Source: an uncultured Pseudobdellovibrionaceae bacterium
Lineage (GTDB): Bacteria; Bdellovibrionota; Bdellovibrionia; Bdellovibrionales; UBA1609
Assembly (NCBI GenBank): GCA_963803705.1
Contig: CAWDNU010000001.1
Span: forward strand, 512,001 to 576,000
Direction of reading: 5' to 3'
DNA: 64,000 nucleotides
The notes under the pieces: model-generated
The model's database searches: none
What the model saw: the letters and a program-made list of their open reading frames with translations, nothing else
What the model was told of the DNA's origin: nothing
Program-made: the position numbers and the translations under genes
Part shown: piece by piece, positions 20,521 through 30,547 of the stretch
Layout of the letters: every line of letters begins with the position of its first letter
Position numbering within the stretch: the stretch's first letter is position 1

Positions 20521-21819
20521 ATGGATCTGTTTGAACAGCAACACTCTGAAAGTCAAAATCAACCTATGCCTGAAAGACTCAGGCCCTCTGACTTTGATGA
20601 CTTTCAGATTCAGGGCAAATCTAGTCAGCGCTTTAAAAATATTATAGCTCAGTTGAAAAACGATATTATTTTTAATCTCATTTTATGGGGCCCACCTGGT
20701 AGCGGTAAAACCAGCTTTGCACATATTCTGAGAAAAAAAACTAAAGCTGAATTTATTCAGTCACATGCAGTGGATTTGTCTACAAAAATTATTAAAGAGT
20801 ATTGTGAAGCTTCAAAATCAAGACTTTTAATTCAAGATAAAAAAACTATTTTATTCATCGACGAAATACATAGATTAAATAAATCACAGCAAGACATTTT
20901 TCTACAGTTTATCGAAAAAGGTTTTATCTATCTTTTAGGTGCAACTACTGAAAACCCTAGCTACGAGCTAAACAAAGCTATAATGAGCAGGTGTAAGCTA
21001 TTATCCTTCGAGCCACACGATAAAAGCAGTTTAGAAGATTTATTTCGTAAGGCACTAAAGCTAGAAAATATTGAGTTTGAAGAGATTATAACCCAGGGCG
21101 CGTTTGAAGCTCTACTAAACTCATCTCAGGGCGATGCTAGATTGATTTTAAATAGAACTGAAGAGCTAATCCAGAGCTTAAAATTTAAAACTCTAAATTT
21201 TCCAGTCTCTTTAGATGATTTAAAAACCTATTTTTTTGAATCCAGCATAGTTTACGATAAGACCGGAGAAGAGCACTATAATCTAATTTCGGCATTTATA
21301 AAAAGTCTACGTGGTAGCGACCCTGATGCCAGTATTTACTACCTTGCTCGCATGCTTTACTCGGGTGAAGACCCAGTTTTTATAGCTCGACGTTTAATAA
21401 TCCTGGCATCGGAAGACATCGGTAATGCAGATCCAAATGCTTTAACCTTAGCTGTTTCAACTTTAAAAGCTGTCGAAGTGATTGGTATGCCAGAGGCCAG
21501 AATCAATTTGGCTCAATGTGTAAGTTATCTTGCATCAGCGCCAAAATCTAATGCTGCATACTTAGCCATTACTAAAGCGCTAAAGCTCGTGGAAGCGACC
21601 AAAAACTTAGAAGTGCCTTTAGCCTTAAGGTCAGCACAGACAAATTTAATGAAAGAAATGGGTTATGGTAAGGATTATAAATATTCTCATGACTTTCCAA
21701 AGCATTGGATTAAGCAAGATTTTTTACCTGAAGCTATTAAAGATGAAAAGTTTTATGAACCTACAGATATGGGTTTTGAGAAAAGAATCCGTGAGTATTT
21801 AAGTTGGCTAAAAAAATAG
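20521..21819 (+). CDS. rarA: Replication-associated recombination protein A (MgsA/RarA AAA+ ATPase)
   Basis: WGPPGSGKT, FIDEIHRLNK, GATTENP, SAFIKSLRGSDPD and ASEDIGNADP motifs. Confidence 0.95.
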   Translation: MDLFEQQHSESQNQPMPERLRPSDFDDFQIQGKSSQRFKNIIAQLKNDIIFNLILWGPPGSGKTSFAHILRKKTKAEFIQSHAVDLSTKIIKEYCEASKSRLLIQDKKTILFIDEIHRLNKSQQDIFLQFIEKGFIYLLGATTENPSYELNKAIMSRCKLLSFEPHDKSSLEDLFRKALKLENIEFEEIITQGAFEALLNSSQGDARLILNRTEELIQSLKFKTLNFPVSLDDLKTYFFESSIVYDKTGEEHYNLISAFIKSLRGSDPDASIYYLARMLYSGEDPVFIARRLIILASEDIGNADPNALTLAVSTLKAVEVIGMPEARINLAQCVSYLASAPKSNAAYLAITKALKLVEATKNLEVPLALRSAQTNLMKEMGYGKDYKYSHDFPKHWIKQDFLPEAIKDEKFYEPTDMGFEKRIREYLSWLKK

Positions 21820-22200
21820 TTTCACCTACAAATTTTGCTGTAAGGTGACGCACCATTATCCTAACTGCCGTTTTTAAGTTCTTAAAGCAGGCGGGCACAG
21901 CCGCAGATTCGCGCAGATCTCTGTCTCTAACACGAATGCATCCGTGGGAAACATAGCCCTTAGTATTGTGTGAGTAGGTAGATCATCGTAGCTACCGAAC
22001 TTCAAATGATCTCTTATCAATTGAATGGTGCTGATCTGTAAATTGCTCCTGGGCAAGTGGAAGGTGTATTACGATAGTTAACAGAAGTATCAATTTTAAA
22101 CAAATTTGACGCATCACCAAGCCCCTAGGTATAATTGCAAGTATATTCTAGGTTTAATATCACTTTTCATGCCAAGTGCTTGAATTAAAAAAGGCCAATT

Positions 22201-22980
22201 TTGAAATTACTTGAGTTCTATAAATTCTATGTATTCATCGGTGCTTTTTTGGTATTTGTCTGTGCTGGATATTTGTACTCTTTCCGTGAAAATAAAGTTT
22301 TTGAAAAAAGATTTATTTTAAACATTGGTTTCAGCGTTTTAAATTCTATTATTATCTTAGCGATTATGTCTAAAGTTCTATTCTTAAATACCTTTAATTT
22401 TTTTGAAGTCGACTATGGAATACTTTTCAGATTGCATTGGCATTGGACTTTTGAGTACGCGCTGGGACTAATCCTATTAGATTTAATGATTTATTGGCAG
22501 CACAGATTATTTCATGTGATTCCGCTTTTGTGGCGGTTTCACAGACTTCATCATTCCGACAATGATTTTGACAGTTCTACAGCTCTTAGATTTCATCCGT
22601 TTGAAGCAGTGGTTTCCTTGATGCACCGATTGTTATTGGTTTATATATTTGGAATTTCTTTCTTTACTCTTGTTATCTTCGAGATTGTTTTAAACTTTGC
22701 AGCAATGTTTAACCATTCGAACTTTGCCTTGCCCAAGGATGTCGAAAATAAGGTAGGTGCTTATATAATTACTCCTGATCTGCACCGGATTCATCATTCT
22801 TTGGATCTGAAAGACTCGAATAAAAATTTTGGTTTTTCAGTTACTTTTTGGGACCTGATTTTTAAATCTTACAAAAAAGACAGCCTGCTTGATTTAAAAT
22901 CAGAAAATCTTGGCGTTTTAGGTTTTCAATCTAGAAAGAAGCAAAGTTTATGGGGCTTATTATCACAGCCTTTCGTTTAA
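22201..22980 (+). CDS. Sterol desaturase / fatty-acid hydroxylase family protein
   Basis: His boxes HRLFH, HRLHH, FNHSN and HRIHH; TM segments. Confidence 0.9.
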   Translation: MKLLEFYKFYVFIGAFLVFVCAGYLYSFRENKVFEKRFILNIGFSVLNSIIILAIMSKVLFLNTFNFFEVDYGILFRLHWHWTFEYALGLILLDLMIYWQHRLFHVIPLLWRFHRLHHSDNDFDSSTALRFHPFEAVVSLMHRLLLVYIFGISFFTLVIFEIVLNFAAMFNHSNFALPKDVENKVGAYIITPDLHRIHHSLDLKDSNKNFGFSVTFWDLIFKSYKKDSLLDLKSENLGVLGFQSRKKQSLWGLLSQPFV

Positions 22981-23084
22981 TTGCTTTATGATTATATACA
23001 TAGCGACTATCAATTTTGATAAATCTAAACGTAGATATATCTAAGAAAATTGATTTATATTTTGAAATTCCAACCAGGGCAAAG

Positions 23085-24446
23085 ATGTTTTTTGATCGAA
23101 AAAAAACTACCGAACTGTTAAAATTAGCTTGGCCACTAATTATTGCCAACGGATTTTGGAACCTACAACTTACTATCGACCGAGTTTTCTTAGGCTCATT
23201 TTCAACCGAAGCTTTAGGAGCTTCAATGGCAGTCATGAGTGTGTTCTGGACGCCAATGGCACTGCTGCAGCAAACCGGAAGTTATGCGACCACATTTGTT
23301 TCTCAGTTTTTAGGCTCAAAAAACGAGTCAATGATCGGACCTTCATTGTGGCAATCTATCTATTTAAGCCTGTTAGGTGGCGCTTTGTTTTTAACTTTAA
23401 TTTTCTTTTCAAATTCGTTTTTTAAATTTGTTGGCCACTCTATGGCCGTCCAAAGATTAGAGGTAGAATATTTTAATATTATTTGCTTTGCAGCCTTGCC
23501 TATGGCTTTAGTAGCCAGCTTTAGCGGCTATTTCGCGGGTATAGCAAAAACTAAGCTGGTCATGTGGGTGAACGGAGCTGGGCTCGTCGTAAACGTGATC
23601 TTGGACTACGCTTTTATTTTTGGAAAGTTAGGTTTTAAAGCTTATGGTATTGCAGGAGCTGGGTACGCCACTGTGGTTGCAAGTTTTTGTTCCGCTATTT
23701 TTGCTTTTGGTCTAATTATTTTTTCTAAAGATAGCTTAAGATTCCGATTACTAAAATCTTACAGATTAAACAGAAATCTAATGAGCAAATATCTAAAGTA
23801 CGCACTGCCTAGCGGTTTGCAATGGTCCTTAGAAGGCTTGGCATTTTCAGTGTTTCTAATATTAATCGGGCGTTTTACAAACGGCGAAGCCGCTTTAGCA
23901 AGTAGCAGTATAGCAGTGACAGTAATGATGCTATCTGTAATGCCGGCAATAGGTGTGGCCCAATCAGTTATGGTTAAGGTGGGTTATCACCTGGGGAAAG
24001 GTGAACCCCAAGCAGCAAGATCTTACACTTGGGCTGGAGTACAAATTTCAGCTCTTTACATGTGTTTCGCAGGATTAAGTTTTTTAATTTTTCCAGACAT
24101 TTATACTGGTTGGTTCAAGAGCGCAGGTAATCCTGTATTGTGGGGTCAAGTTGCTACAATTGCTCCAAACTTGTTAATGCTGGTCGGTGTATTTACGGCT
24201 TTCGACAGTATCTATTTGAACTTATCGTTTGCCTTAAAAGGTGCAGGTGATACTAAATTTGTATCTTTAGTAGCATTATTTGCACCCTGGCCATTGATGG
24301 TAATACCGACCTACCTGGTGGAATCCCAAGCCAATGCTATTTACCTTGCTTGGGCTTTTGCGACTGCTTATATCATTATAACTACTTTGATTATATACGC
24401 CCGATTTCAAGGCGGAAAATGGATGAAAATGAGTGTAATCAATTAG
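23085..24446 (+). CDS. MATE family efflux transporter
   Basis: LLKLAWPLII, NVILDYAFIFG..GIAGAGYAT and LKGAGDT motifs. Confidence 0.92.
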   Translation: MFFDRKKTTELLKLAWPLIIANGFWNLQLTIDRVFLGSFSTEALGASMAVMSVFWTPMALLQQTGSYATTFVSQFLGSKNESMIGPSLWQSIYLSLLGGALFLTLIFFSNSFFKFVGHSMAVQRLEVEYFNIICFAALPMALVASFSGYFAGIAKTKLVMWVNGAGLVVNVILDYAFIFGKLGFKAYGIAGAGYATVVASFCSAIFAFGLIIFSKDSLRFRLLKSYRLNRNLMSKYLKYALPSGLQWSLEGLAFSVFLILIGRFTNGEAALASSSIAVTVMMLSVMPAIGVAQSVMVKVGYHLGKGEPQAARSYTWAGVQISALYMCFAGLSFLIFPDIYTGWFKSAGNPVLWGQVATIAPNLLMLVGVFTAFDSIYLNLSFALKGAGDTKFVSLVALFAPWPLMVIPTYLVESQANAIYLAWAFATAYIIITTLIIYARFQGGKWMKMSVIN

Positions 24447-24458
24447 TGTTTACTAAAA

Positions 24459-25205
24459 TCAGAACCAATTCCAAGGATATAGAAAACCAAAAAGACCTAA
24501 TTCGCCACCTATAGGTACGGGAGATGGCTCGACTACAGGGGGCTCGTAGGTGGGTGGTACCACGTGAGGCGGTTCAAAAGGGTTTCTTCTAGGAGGGTTG
24601 AAAATTAAAATAGGTGTGTAGCCGCAGTTGCGAATACAACTAGCATTGTTATTAGGGGTTAGTGTCGAAGTAAAAGTTGTGTTCTTTCCAGGAGGACCTA
24701 AGATTTCTGTGGTTGTTTCAGCATAGTCTAAAGGTGCTGCGGGTTTCAAATCTCTTAAGACTTGCTTAGGAGCCCACAGGGTAGCACATGGCTCTTTAAA
24801 AGATGACAATATATAATCCCATACATCTTTATCACCTGTAGCTTTTATCTCAGTCATGTTCGTACCCTCAAAAACAATTTCTGTAGAGTTGTCGCAAGAA
24901 TAAAAATTGCCATCCGGGGAAGTACGCGTTTTCTTTAAGGCAACGAACCTATCAACAACTAAAAAGCCTTCCTCAATAACATCAACCTCTTCATTTTCTT
25001 TATTCAAATAAATGTCGCCTTCCTCTAAAAACACAATCTCTTCTTCTAACTTTGGGGTGCATTCTTCTGCTTCGGCACACCTGTAAGCTAGCTCTTGAAT
25101 GGGTTCGTCCACGACAGGATGATAAGTTTTAGATTGAGCACTAAGCGCAAACAAAAAGTTTAAAGCTAATAGTAGAATAATTTGTATGGATAGACTGATC
25201 TTCAT
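24459..25205 (-). CDS. Secreted Cys/Pro-rich hypothetical protein with possible C-terminal sorting signal
   Basis: Signal peptide; Pro-rich tail ending PSPVPIGGELGLFGFL. Confidence 0.55.
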   Translation of the reverse strand: MKISLSIQIILLLALNFLFALSAQSKTYHPVVDEPIQELAYRCAEAEECTPKLEEEIVFLEEGDIYLNKENEEVDVIEEGFLVVDRFVALKKTRTSPDGNFYSCDNSTEIVFEGTNMTEIKATGDKDVWDYILSSFKEPCATLWAPKQVLRDLKPAAPLDYAETTTEILGPPGKNTTFTSTLTPNNNASCIRNCGYTPILIFNPPRRNPFEPPHVVPPTYEPPVVEPSPVPIGGELGLFGFLYPWNWF

Positions 25206-25368
25206 TTATAGAGCTCCGTTTTGTGATAGCCAGATTGTACAAAAAGTTAAAACTTGGCAGGAATAATTGATTAAAATAATTCGATTCGGGAAACATATAT
25301 ATCTCTCTGAAAATAATCAACGGTTTTGTTTGCTTTTTAAGCAAAAACAAATAAAAGTGCCTTTAATT

Positions 25369-26952
25369 ATGAAAATCTTGATCACAATTAAAAAAATTAC
25401 CATACTTATCTTCGTAAATGCTCTATTTGCTACATGGGTCAGCGCCGCTGAACTGATCCCGGCTGTGGATCTTCGGGATCTGGTTGAATTTAGCGATCCT
25501 AATACTTATGTAATCCAGTCACTTATCACTGAAATAACGAACAATCCCTGCAAATTTGTAGCGCCACTAAAAGATGGCCGTGCTGATTTAGAAAGCTGTA
25601 ACCATAGAATTAAGTATTTACCAGATGGTGCGTTAGGCCCCAACGGCAAAACCTTAGACAAAAGCTTTAAAATCGATAGGGATAATGAAAACGTTGAGAC
25701 ACGCACAAACACGGTCCTAAGCGCAGAATTTTCCACCAAATACAAGATTAATCCCTTAAGTGATGACCTGTTAGAAGTGGAGTTAGTTCTATTTATTCAC
25801 GACGAGTTGCAATACGCTAAGTCAGACCATTATTTTTTTAGAAAGGTGAAACTGAATTATAATAGTAAACTTAATAAATTTGAATTAAACGCTCATGGTT
25901 TGACTGAAGACATTCCTATTGCAGAAACTAACTTTTCTTTTTACACAGATATTGTTGAAAGAAAAACGATTGCATTTGATATTAAATCCGAAATAACTAA
26001 GGTATTCCCTGTGGCTGTTGGCGCTCTTGATGTTAGAACATTCTATGGAATGGACGACTTTGTGGGTTCCATGACCGTAGAGATGACAGATAATGCAAAG
26101 ATCTTTTTAGGACAAGGCTTAGGCTTATATGAAAGTAGGATTCGTCCCTGGTATTATAAAGGACGCCCATTTCTAGGAATTTTGGATAACAATGGATCCA
26201 CCTACAAAGAGATCGGATACCACTACAAGATTGATGAAGGTCCTTTGGTCAGAGGGTTTGTGACCCACGGCTGTATACGTGTTCGAGATAAAGACCTATA
26301 TCAAATGTCAGCCATGGTATTTTCAAGTCAAGGTGATGTATCAGTTAAAGTGGTAAATTCTTTTTCAAAAGATAGCGAGTTAAAGCCATTTGCATCTATT
26401 GAGCATCCTTACCCTAAAACTGATGTTGGCTTTATGTTTCTAAATTATGCTAAAAAAAATTACCTTGATAAAAGCAAATTAGAACAGGTGAACCCAAATA
26501 TTGGTGGGCTACAAAATAGCCAAAGATTTTCCGAAGTTGAACAGTATCTTTGGTGTCATCAAAACGGTTTAGCTCAACCCATAAGATACTTTGGTGAATG
26601 GGCTTCTGCATTAGATAATTTCTGTTTAACAAAAGTGGCAAGCTCCAATCAAAGCGTGATACCTTTTATAAAGTTTATCTTAGGTGACCCGGATGCTGAT
26701 GCATTTATTGAGCCCTTAGAGCCTGCTGAACCCATATTGATAAAAGGGTTGTGCAATAAAGACTTATCCATGTCTGATGCAGTAAGCGTTTATTTTGAGA
26801 CCAAAGGTAAAGAGTTAACATTTGGAATCTATGTGGATCACTGTGGATGTAAGCGCTTTAAAAATGAGCTTGGTTTTAAGATTTTTAAGTCTTCAGATGG
26901 CAAAATAACAACGTCCAAGCAAGTTTTTGAAAAATATTGCCTTGCAAATTAG
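25369..26952 (+). CDS. L,D-transpeptidase (YkuD) domain protein, secreted
   Basis: FPVAVG, IGYH and RGFVTHGCIRV (HGC catalytic motif); signal peptide from ATG 25369. Confidence 0.8.
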   Translation: MKILITIKKITILIFVNALFATWVSAAELIPAVDLRDLVEFSDPNTYVIQSLITEITNNPCKFVAPLKDGRADLESCNHRIKYLPDGALGPNGKTLDKSFKIDRDNENVETRTNTVLSAEFSTKYKINPLSDDLLEVELVLFIHDELQYAKSDHYFFRKVKLNYNSKLNKFELNAHGLTEDIPIAETNFSFYTDIVERKTIAFDIKSEITKVFPVAVGALDVRTFYGMDDFVGSMTVEMTDNAKIFLGQGLGLYESRIRPWYYKGRPFLGILDNNGSTYKEIGYHYKIDEGPLVRGFVTHGCIRVRDKDLYQMSAMVFSSQGDVSVKVVNSFSKDSELKPFASIEHPYPKTDVGFMFLNYAKKNYLDKSKLEQVNPNIGGLQNSQRFSEVEQYLWCHQNGLAQPIRYFGEWASALDNFCLTKVASSNQSVIPFIKFILGDPDADAFIEPLEPAEPILIKGLCNKDLSMSDAVSVYFETKGKELTFGIYVDHCGCKRFKNELGFKIFKSSDGKITTSKQVFEKYCLAN

Positions 26953-27031
26953 GGCCTGTGGAAGATTCATCTAGGTTTTAAATGCTTTAGATTTAATTGA
27001 AGTTGTTTTAAGCGCAGACTGACACTTATAC

Positions 27032-27709
27032 CTAGGACAGCTCTAATTTTTTTCGCATCAATATCTTTAAATATTGATCACTACTTAACTCTGTTCCAGT
27101 AATTTCGAATCCGTTTCCTAAATTTAGCAGAAGCGTGTCTTTCCAATTATTCTGTGTTTTTGTTTCGATAAACTGATAGCCCATAGTTTCACACCACTGA
27201 TGTTGCTGCCTCATAAGTTCATAAGCTAAACCTAGTTTTCGATATTCGGGTCTAACACCGCCAAGCCAGCTGTAAAAAATCTGGTGATTAGTTTCGTAAC
27301 CAATCATAAATCCTACGAATTTAGTTTTTGCTAACGAAGATTCGTCTATAGCAACTAGAACAAGAATATTTTGTTTACCACTTAATCGAGTATCTAGTTT
27401 CATCGAGTCGAAGTCAGGAAATATCGACTGAGATAATAAAATTAAGTCCTGCTTGGTTTTTAGATCAGGGTCTTGAAACGATAAATATTTGAAAGTTACA
27501 GGTTCGAATCTTAATTGCTCTTTTCCCCCGACGTTTACCTTCCCAAAAAACATATCTTTTGGGCGAACCCACATCTGATCATTTGGGTTTTCAGTTAGGG
27601 GCTTATATAAAACTAAGTCCTCCATAGATTCGCTGTGCTTTACGATATCATAGTAAGAATAAAATTTATTTTTGTAGTGTTTGTAAAGCTGTTGCTTGTT
27701 TTTTTTCAT
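27032..27709 (-). CDS. DUF1653-GNAT fusion protein
   Basis: YKHYK..Y....KHSE..DLVLY....MWVRP..MF (DUF1653) followed by YSWLGGV.PEYRKLGLA (GNAT). Confidence 0.8.
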   Translation of the reverse strand: MKKNKQQLYKHYKNKFYSYYDIVKHSESMEDLVLYKPLTENPNDQMWVRPKDMFFGKVNVGGKEQLRFEPVTFKYLSFQDPDLKTKQDLILLSQSIFPDFDSMKLDTRLSGKQNILVLVAIDESSLAKTKFVGFMIGYETNHQIFYSWLGGVRPEYRKLGLAYELMRQQHQWCETMGYQFIETKTQNNWKDTLLLNLGNGFEITGTELSSDQYLKILMRKKLELS

Positions 27710-27740
27710 AAAGTCAGTAACCAGCTTACCTTAATTTTTT

Positions 27741-29699
27741 TCAAAATTCTAAAGTTTCAAACGTACTAACTGGATGATCCACTAATCTGCCTGATGAAAA
27801 AATATAAGTGTGTCCCCCTAAAATTCCTAATTTAGAATCACTAAGTGGAACTACTTGTGGAAATCCCTTGTTTTCATCAAGATAAACCCCGGAATGAGTC
27901 CATTCATTAGTCACAAAGTCATATCTGTAGATATCATCCACATAATTAAGGTCAAAATTACCAAGATTTTTTAAAATCATGCCACCCATCAGGTAGATTG
28001 AGTCACCTATAATTCCTGCCCCCGGAGCAAAGGTTGCAAATGGTAAGGGACTTTTTTCGTACCAAGTTTGTGTAGAGGTATCAAAAACAGTTACATTAGC
28101 AATCCACTGGAAGTGACTTGAACCCTCGCCAATACCGCCTAAAAGATAGATTTCATCATTCGAGGTCACAGCAGTTAGCGCTCTTCTTAAGGGCTGTGGC
28201 ATAAGGCTTTGAATAGTGGACACTGACTCGGTCCTTAAATCAAAGACATCTATGGCAGATAAAAAATGGCCCTCTTTATCATCTTCAAATTTTGGAGTGC
28301 TATCCCATCCACCCAATAAATATACCTTGTCCTTTACCAGCGCTAAAGCGTTAGAGGATCTGGGTCGCGGCAGCTTAGTGCTAAGCGTATGCCACTGATC
28401 AGTACTTATATTATATCTTTCAATGGTGTCCACTGATTTCCATTTAGGCTTGTGTTTATCGCTGAATGTAAAACCACCAAAGACGTAGATAAAGTTTTTA
28501 TGAGCTACCATCTGAAAGCCATGTTTTGCAACGTTCATCGGAGCCAGGGTTGACCAGCTGTTAGCTTTGATATCGTAAACTTGCAGATCGTTTAAAAAAG
28601 ATTCCCTAGGGTAAGAGTGTTCAGCACCTTGGTGTCCACCAGCTATGTAAACTAAGTTTTCGTGAGTAACTGATCCGAAAGATGAGCGTTCAGGCTTTGG
28701 AAAATCCGGAAGAACAGCTTTCTGTAATAAGTTTGAGTTTGAAAACGATGGGACGTATTCTGCTACTGAAGGATCAGTCAAAAAAGGGGTGGATGTGCTT
28801 TTACTAGATTGATCAAAAGCTATAAAATTCAAATAGTAAATATCGATTTGAAGCTGATCTGTACCCGAAGCAAAACGTGTAAAGAATATTTTATTTAAAC
28901 CCTTAAAGCTTGGTGTAAATTCTATTTCTGGGTCATCAGTCAATTGTAGCTTCTGGTCGTTCCACAAGTCATAGACATATATGTCCCATTGGCCGCCGTC
29001 TTTACTTACGTAAGCCACAGATCTGTCATCGGCAGACAAAGACGGAAACATCGCATGTTTATCTTTTAGCGTAAGCTCTTTTAAAGTGCTCGTTGCAATA
29101 TCAAAAGATACCAGCTGTTTCGGGGCTTGCTTATCATTTTTTCTTTCAGTTCGATGATAAACAATTGTAGAACCATCTGAGGAAACTGCTGGAGCATAGC
29201 AGTCATAACTACTTTCAAGAATTTTATAATTGGGTTTGTAAAAATGTGCGGCTTTATTGTTTTGTGTTTCGATATTTTGTGGACCTTTTTTTCGCTCTTC
29301 AATTAAATCAACTATATAAATATTTTGCTTAGCTGTTTCTGGATTTGGACCACTAAATACTAAAAATCTTTCATTTCCTGAAAATTCAACGTGGATAAAT
29401 TGATTATCTACAGGAGTCCAGATCTCTTTTATATCATTTTCTAAATCTTGAATTACAATTTGAAGCTGAGTGTTTCCACCGGGCTGAATTAAGCCTTCAG
29501 AATAAGCGACAAACCGCCCTGACGAGCCTATCTCTGGATGATAGGTGTCCTTGTTAGGGTCAGAAATAACCTGTTGATTTTGGCCATCGTCATCAGCCAA
29601 CACAATTAATCTTTTCGATCCAATTTCTTTTTGAAAAACCATTTTAGCAGAACAGATGATTGTGGAAAAAAATAGCATAGTGATTAAACTGGCTTTCAT
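27741..29699 (-). CDS. Secreted PD40/TolB-like plus Kelch-repeat protein
   Basis: PAVSSDG and PSLSADD PD40 repeats; VYIAGG, IYVFGG, VYLLGG, IYLLGG and IYLMGG Kelch repeats. Confidence 0.85.
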   Translation of the reverse strand: MKASLITMLFFSTIICSAKMVFQKEIGSKRLIVLADDDGQNQQVISDPNKDTYHPEIGSSGRFVAYSEGLIQPGGNTQLQIVIQDLENDIKEIWTPVDNQFIHVEFSGNERFLVFSGPNPETAKQNIYIVDLIEERKKGPQNIETQNNKAAHFYKPNYKILESSYDCYAPAVSSDGSTIVYHRTERKNDKQAPKQLVSFDIATSTLKELTLKDKHAMFPSLSADDRSVAYVSKDGGQWDIYVYDLWNDQKLQLTDDPEIEFTPSFKGLNKIFFTRFASGTDQLQIDIYYLNFIAFDQSSKSTSTPFLTDPSVAEYVPSFSNSNLLQKAVLPDFPKPERSSFGSVTHENLVYIAGGHQGAEHSYPRESFLNDLQVYDIKANSWSTLAPMNVAKHGFQMVAHKNFIYVFGGFTFSDKHKPKWKSVDTIERYNISTDQWHTLSTKLPRPRSSNALALVKDKVYLLGGWDSTPKFEDDKEGHFLSAIDVFDLRTESVSTIQSLMPQPLRRALTAVTSNDEIYLLGGIGEGSSHFQWIANVTVFDTSTQTWYEKSPLPFATFAPGAGIIGDSIYLMGGMILKNLGNFDLNYVDDIYRYDFVTNEWTHSGVYLDENKGFPQVVPLSDSKLGILGGHTYIFSSGRLVDHPVSTFETLEF

Positions 29700-29983
29700 A
29701 TATTACCCCCAATAATACTTAATTCCAAATCTCTAGGTCAGACCTAACGATCTAGCCTAGACTTCTAACCTAAAGATTTAACCTAAAGATCAGATCTAAA
29801 GGTAGATCCAGAACTAGTAGTCCCATGTTTAACGTGAATTTTTAATATCACTGATGTTATGGTTTTTTCAAATTAAATAAAATATTAACAAACTTAATGA
29901 GAAAACACGGGTAGTCTTGGCTTCGTCCCAAATTTGTCGTCAAATCAGCTTAATAGATAAACCATAATATCAAAGTTAACTTT

Positions 29984-30110
29984 AGGGCCTGTTGAAAAAG
30001 CATCATCTTCGTTGTTGCCTTCGCTTAAATCTCATTCGACGAAGATAAACTACGACTCATTCGATCTTAAGCTTGGACGCCTTGAATCTAATACTTTTAC
30101 AACAGGCCCT
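29984..30110. mobile_element. MITE-like palindromic repeat, copy 2
   Basis: AGGGCCTGTTG...CAACAGGCCCT ends; 6 substitutions versus copy 1 over 125 bp. Confidence 0.85.
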
Positions 30111-30211
30111 TTAGCTATTAATTTTACTGACGAATATTTCACTTACGCTTCGAGTTAGAAGAGATATCGTAAGCTTTTAATGTCTCTTTAGGCCATGCTA
30201 TCTTGTTCTCT

Positions 30212-30547
30212 ATGCCGCACTTAATATTAGAACATTCCAAAGAATTGAAATTAAAAAAAAGTCTTCCTGAATTGATAGAGGAGCTACACTTTACTTTTGC
30301 TAAGCAAGAGACAATTCGGCTAGGTTCTGTAAAGTCCAGGACAATTATTAGTGAAAACTGTATTCTCGGTGATAAGTCAAAACCCGACTTTGTTTTTTTG
30401 CAGGTAAAACTTTTGTCAGGAAGACCTGATTATCTAAAACAAAAATTTGTCGAAGTGTTAGCAAACATTTTAGAAAACCACTTATTTTTGGACAAGTGCA
30501 GTTTCTGTATTGAAATCACAGAGCTTCAATACTATTTTTCAAAATGA
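30212..30547 (+). CDS. 5-carboxymethyl-2-hydroxymuconate isomerase-like tautomerase
   Basis: N-terminal MPHLILEHS (catalytic Pro1); VKSR and LLSGR motifs. Confidence 0.8.
   Translation: MPHLILEHSKELKLKKSLPELIEELHFTFAKQETIRLGSVKSRTIISENCILGDKSKPDFVFLQVKLLSGRPDYLKQKFVEVLANILENHLFLDKCSFCIEITELQYYFSK

Noticed and set aside
22005..22060. CTCTTATCAA resembling the start of a SAM-I riboswitch
   Set aside because: The following conserved GAG..GAGGGA..GGCCC core is absent.
29720..29820. Short degenerate repeats (TAACCTAAAGAT twice, AGATCT variants)
   Set aside because: Low-complexity intergenic sequence with no regular repeat-spacer structure; not a CRISPR array.
29905..29945. GGGACGAAGCC on the minus strand resembling a c-di-GMP-I riboswitch
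   Set aside because: No GGCAAAC/GAAA P2 stem and no recognisable P3.
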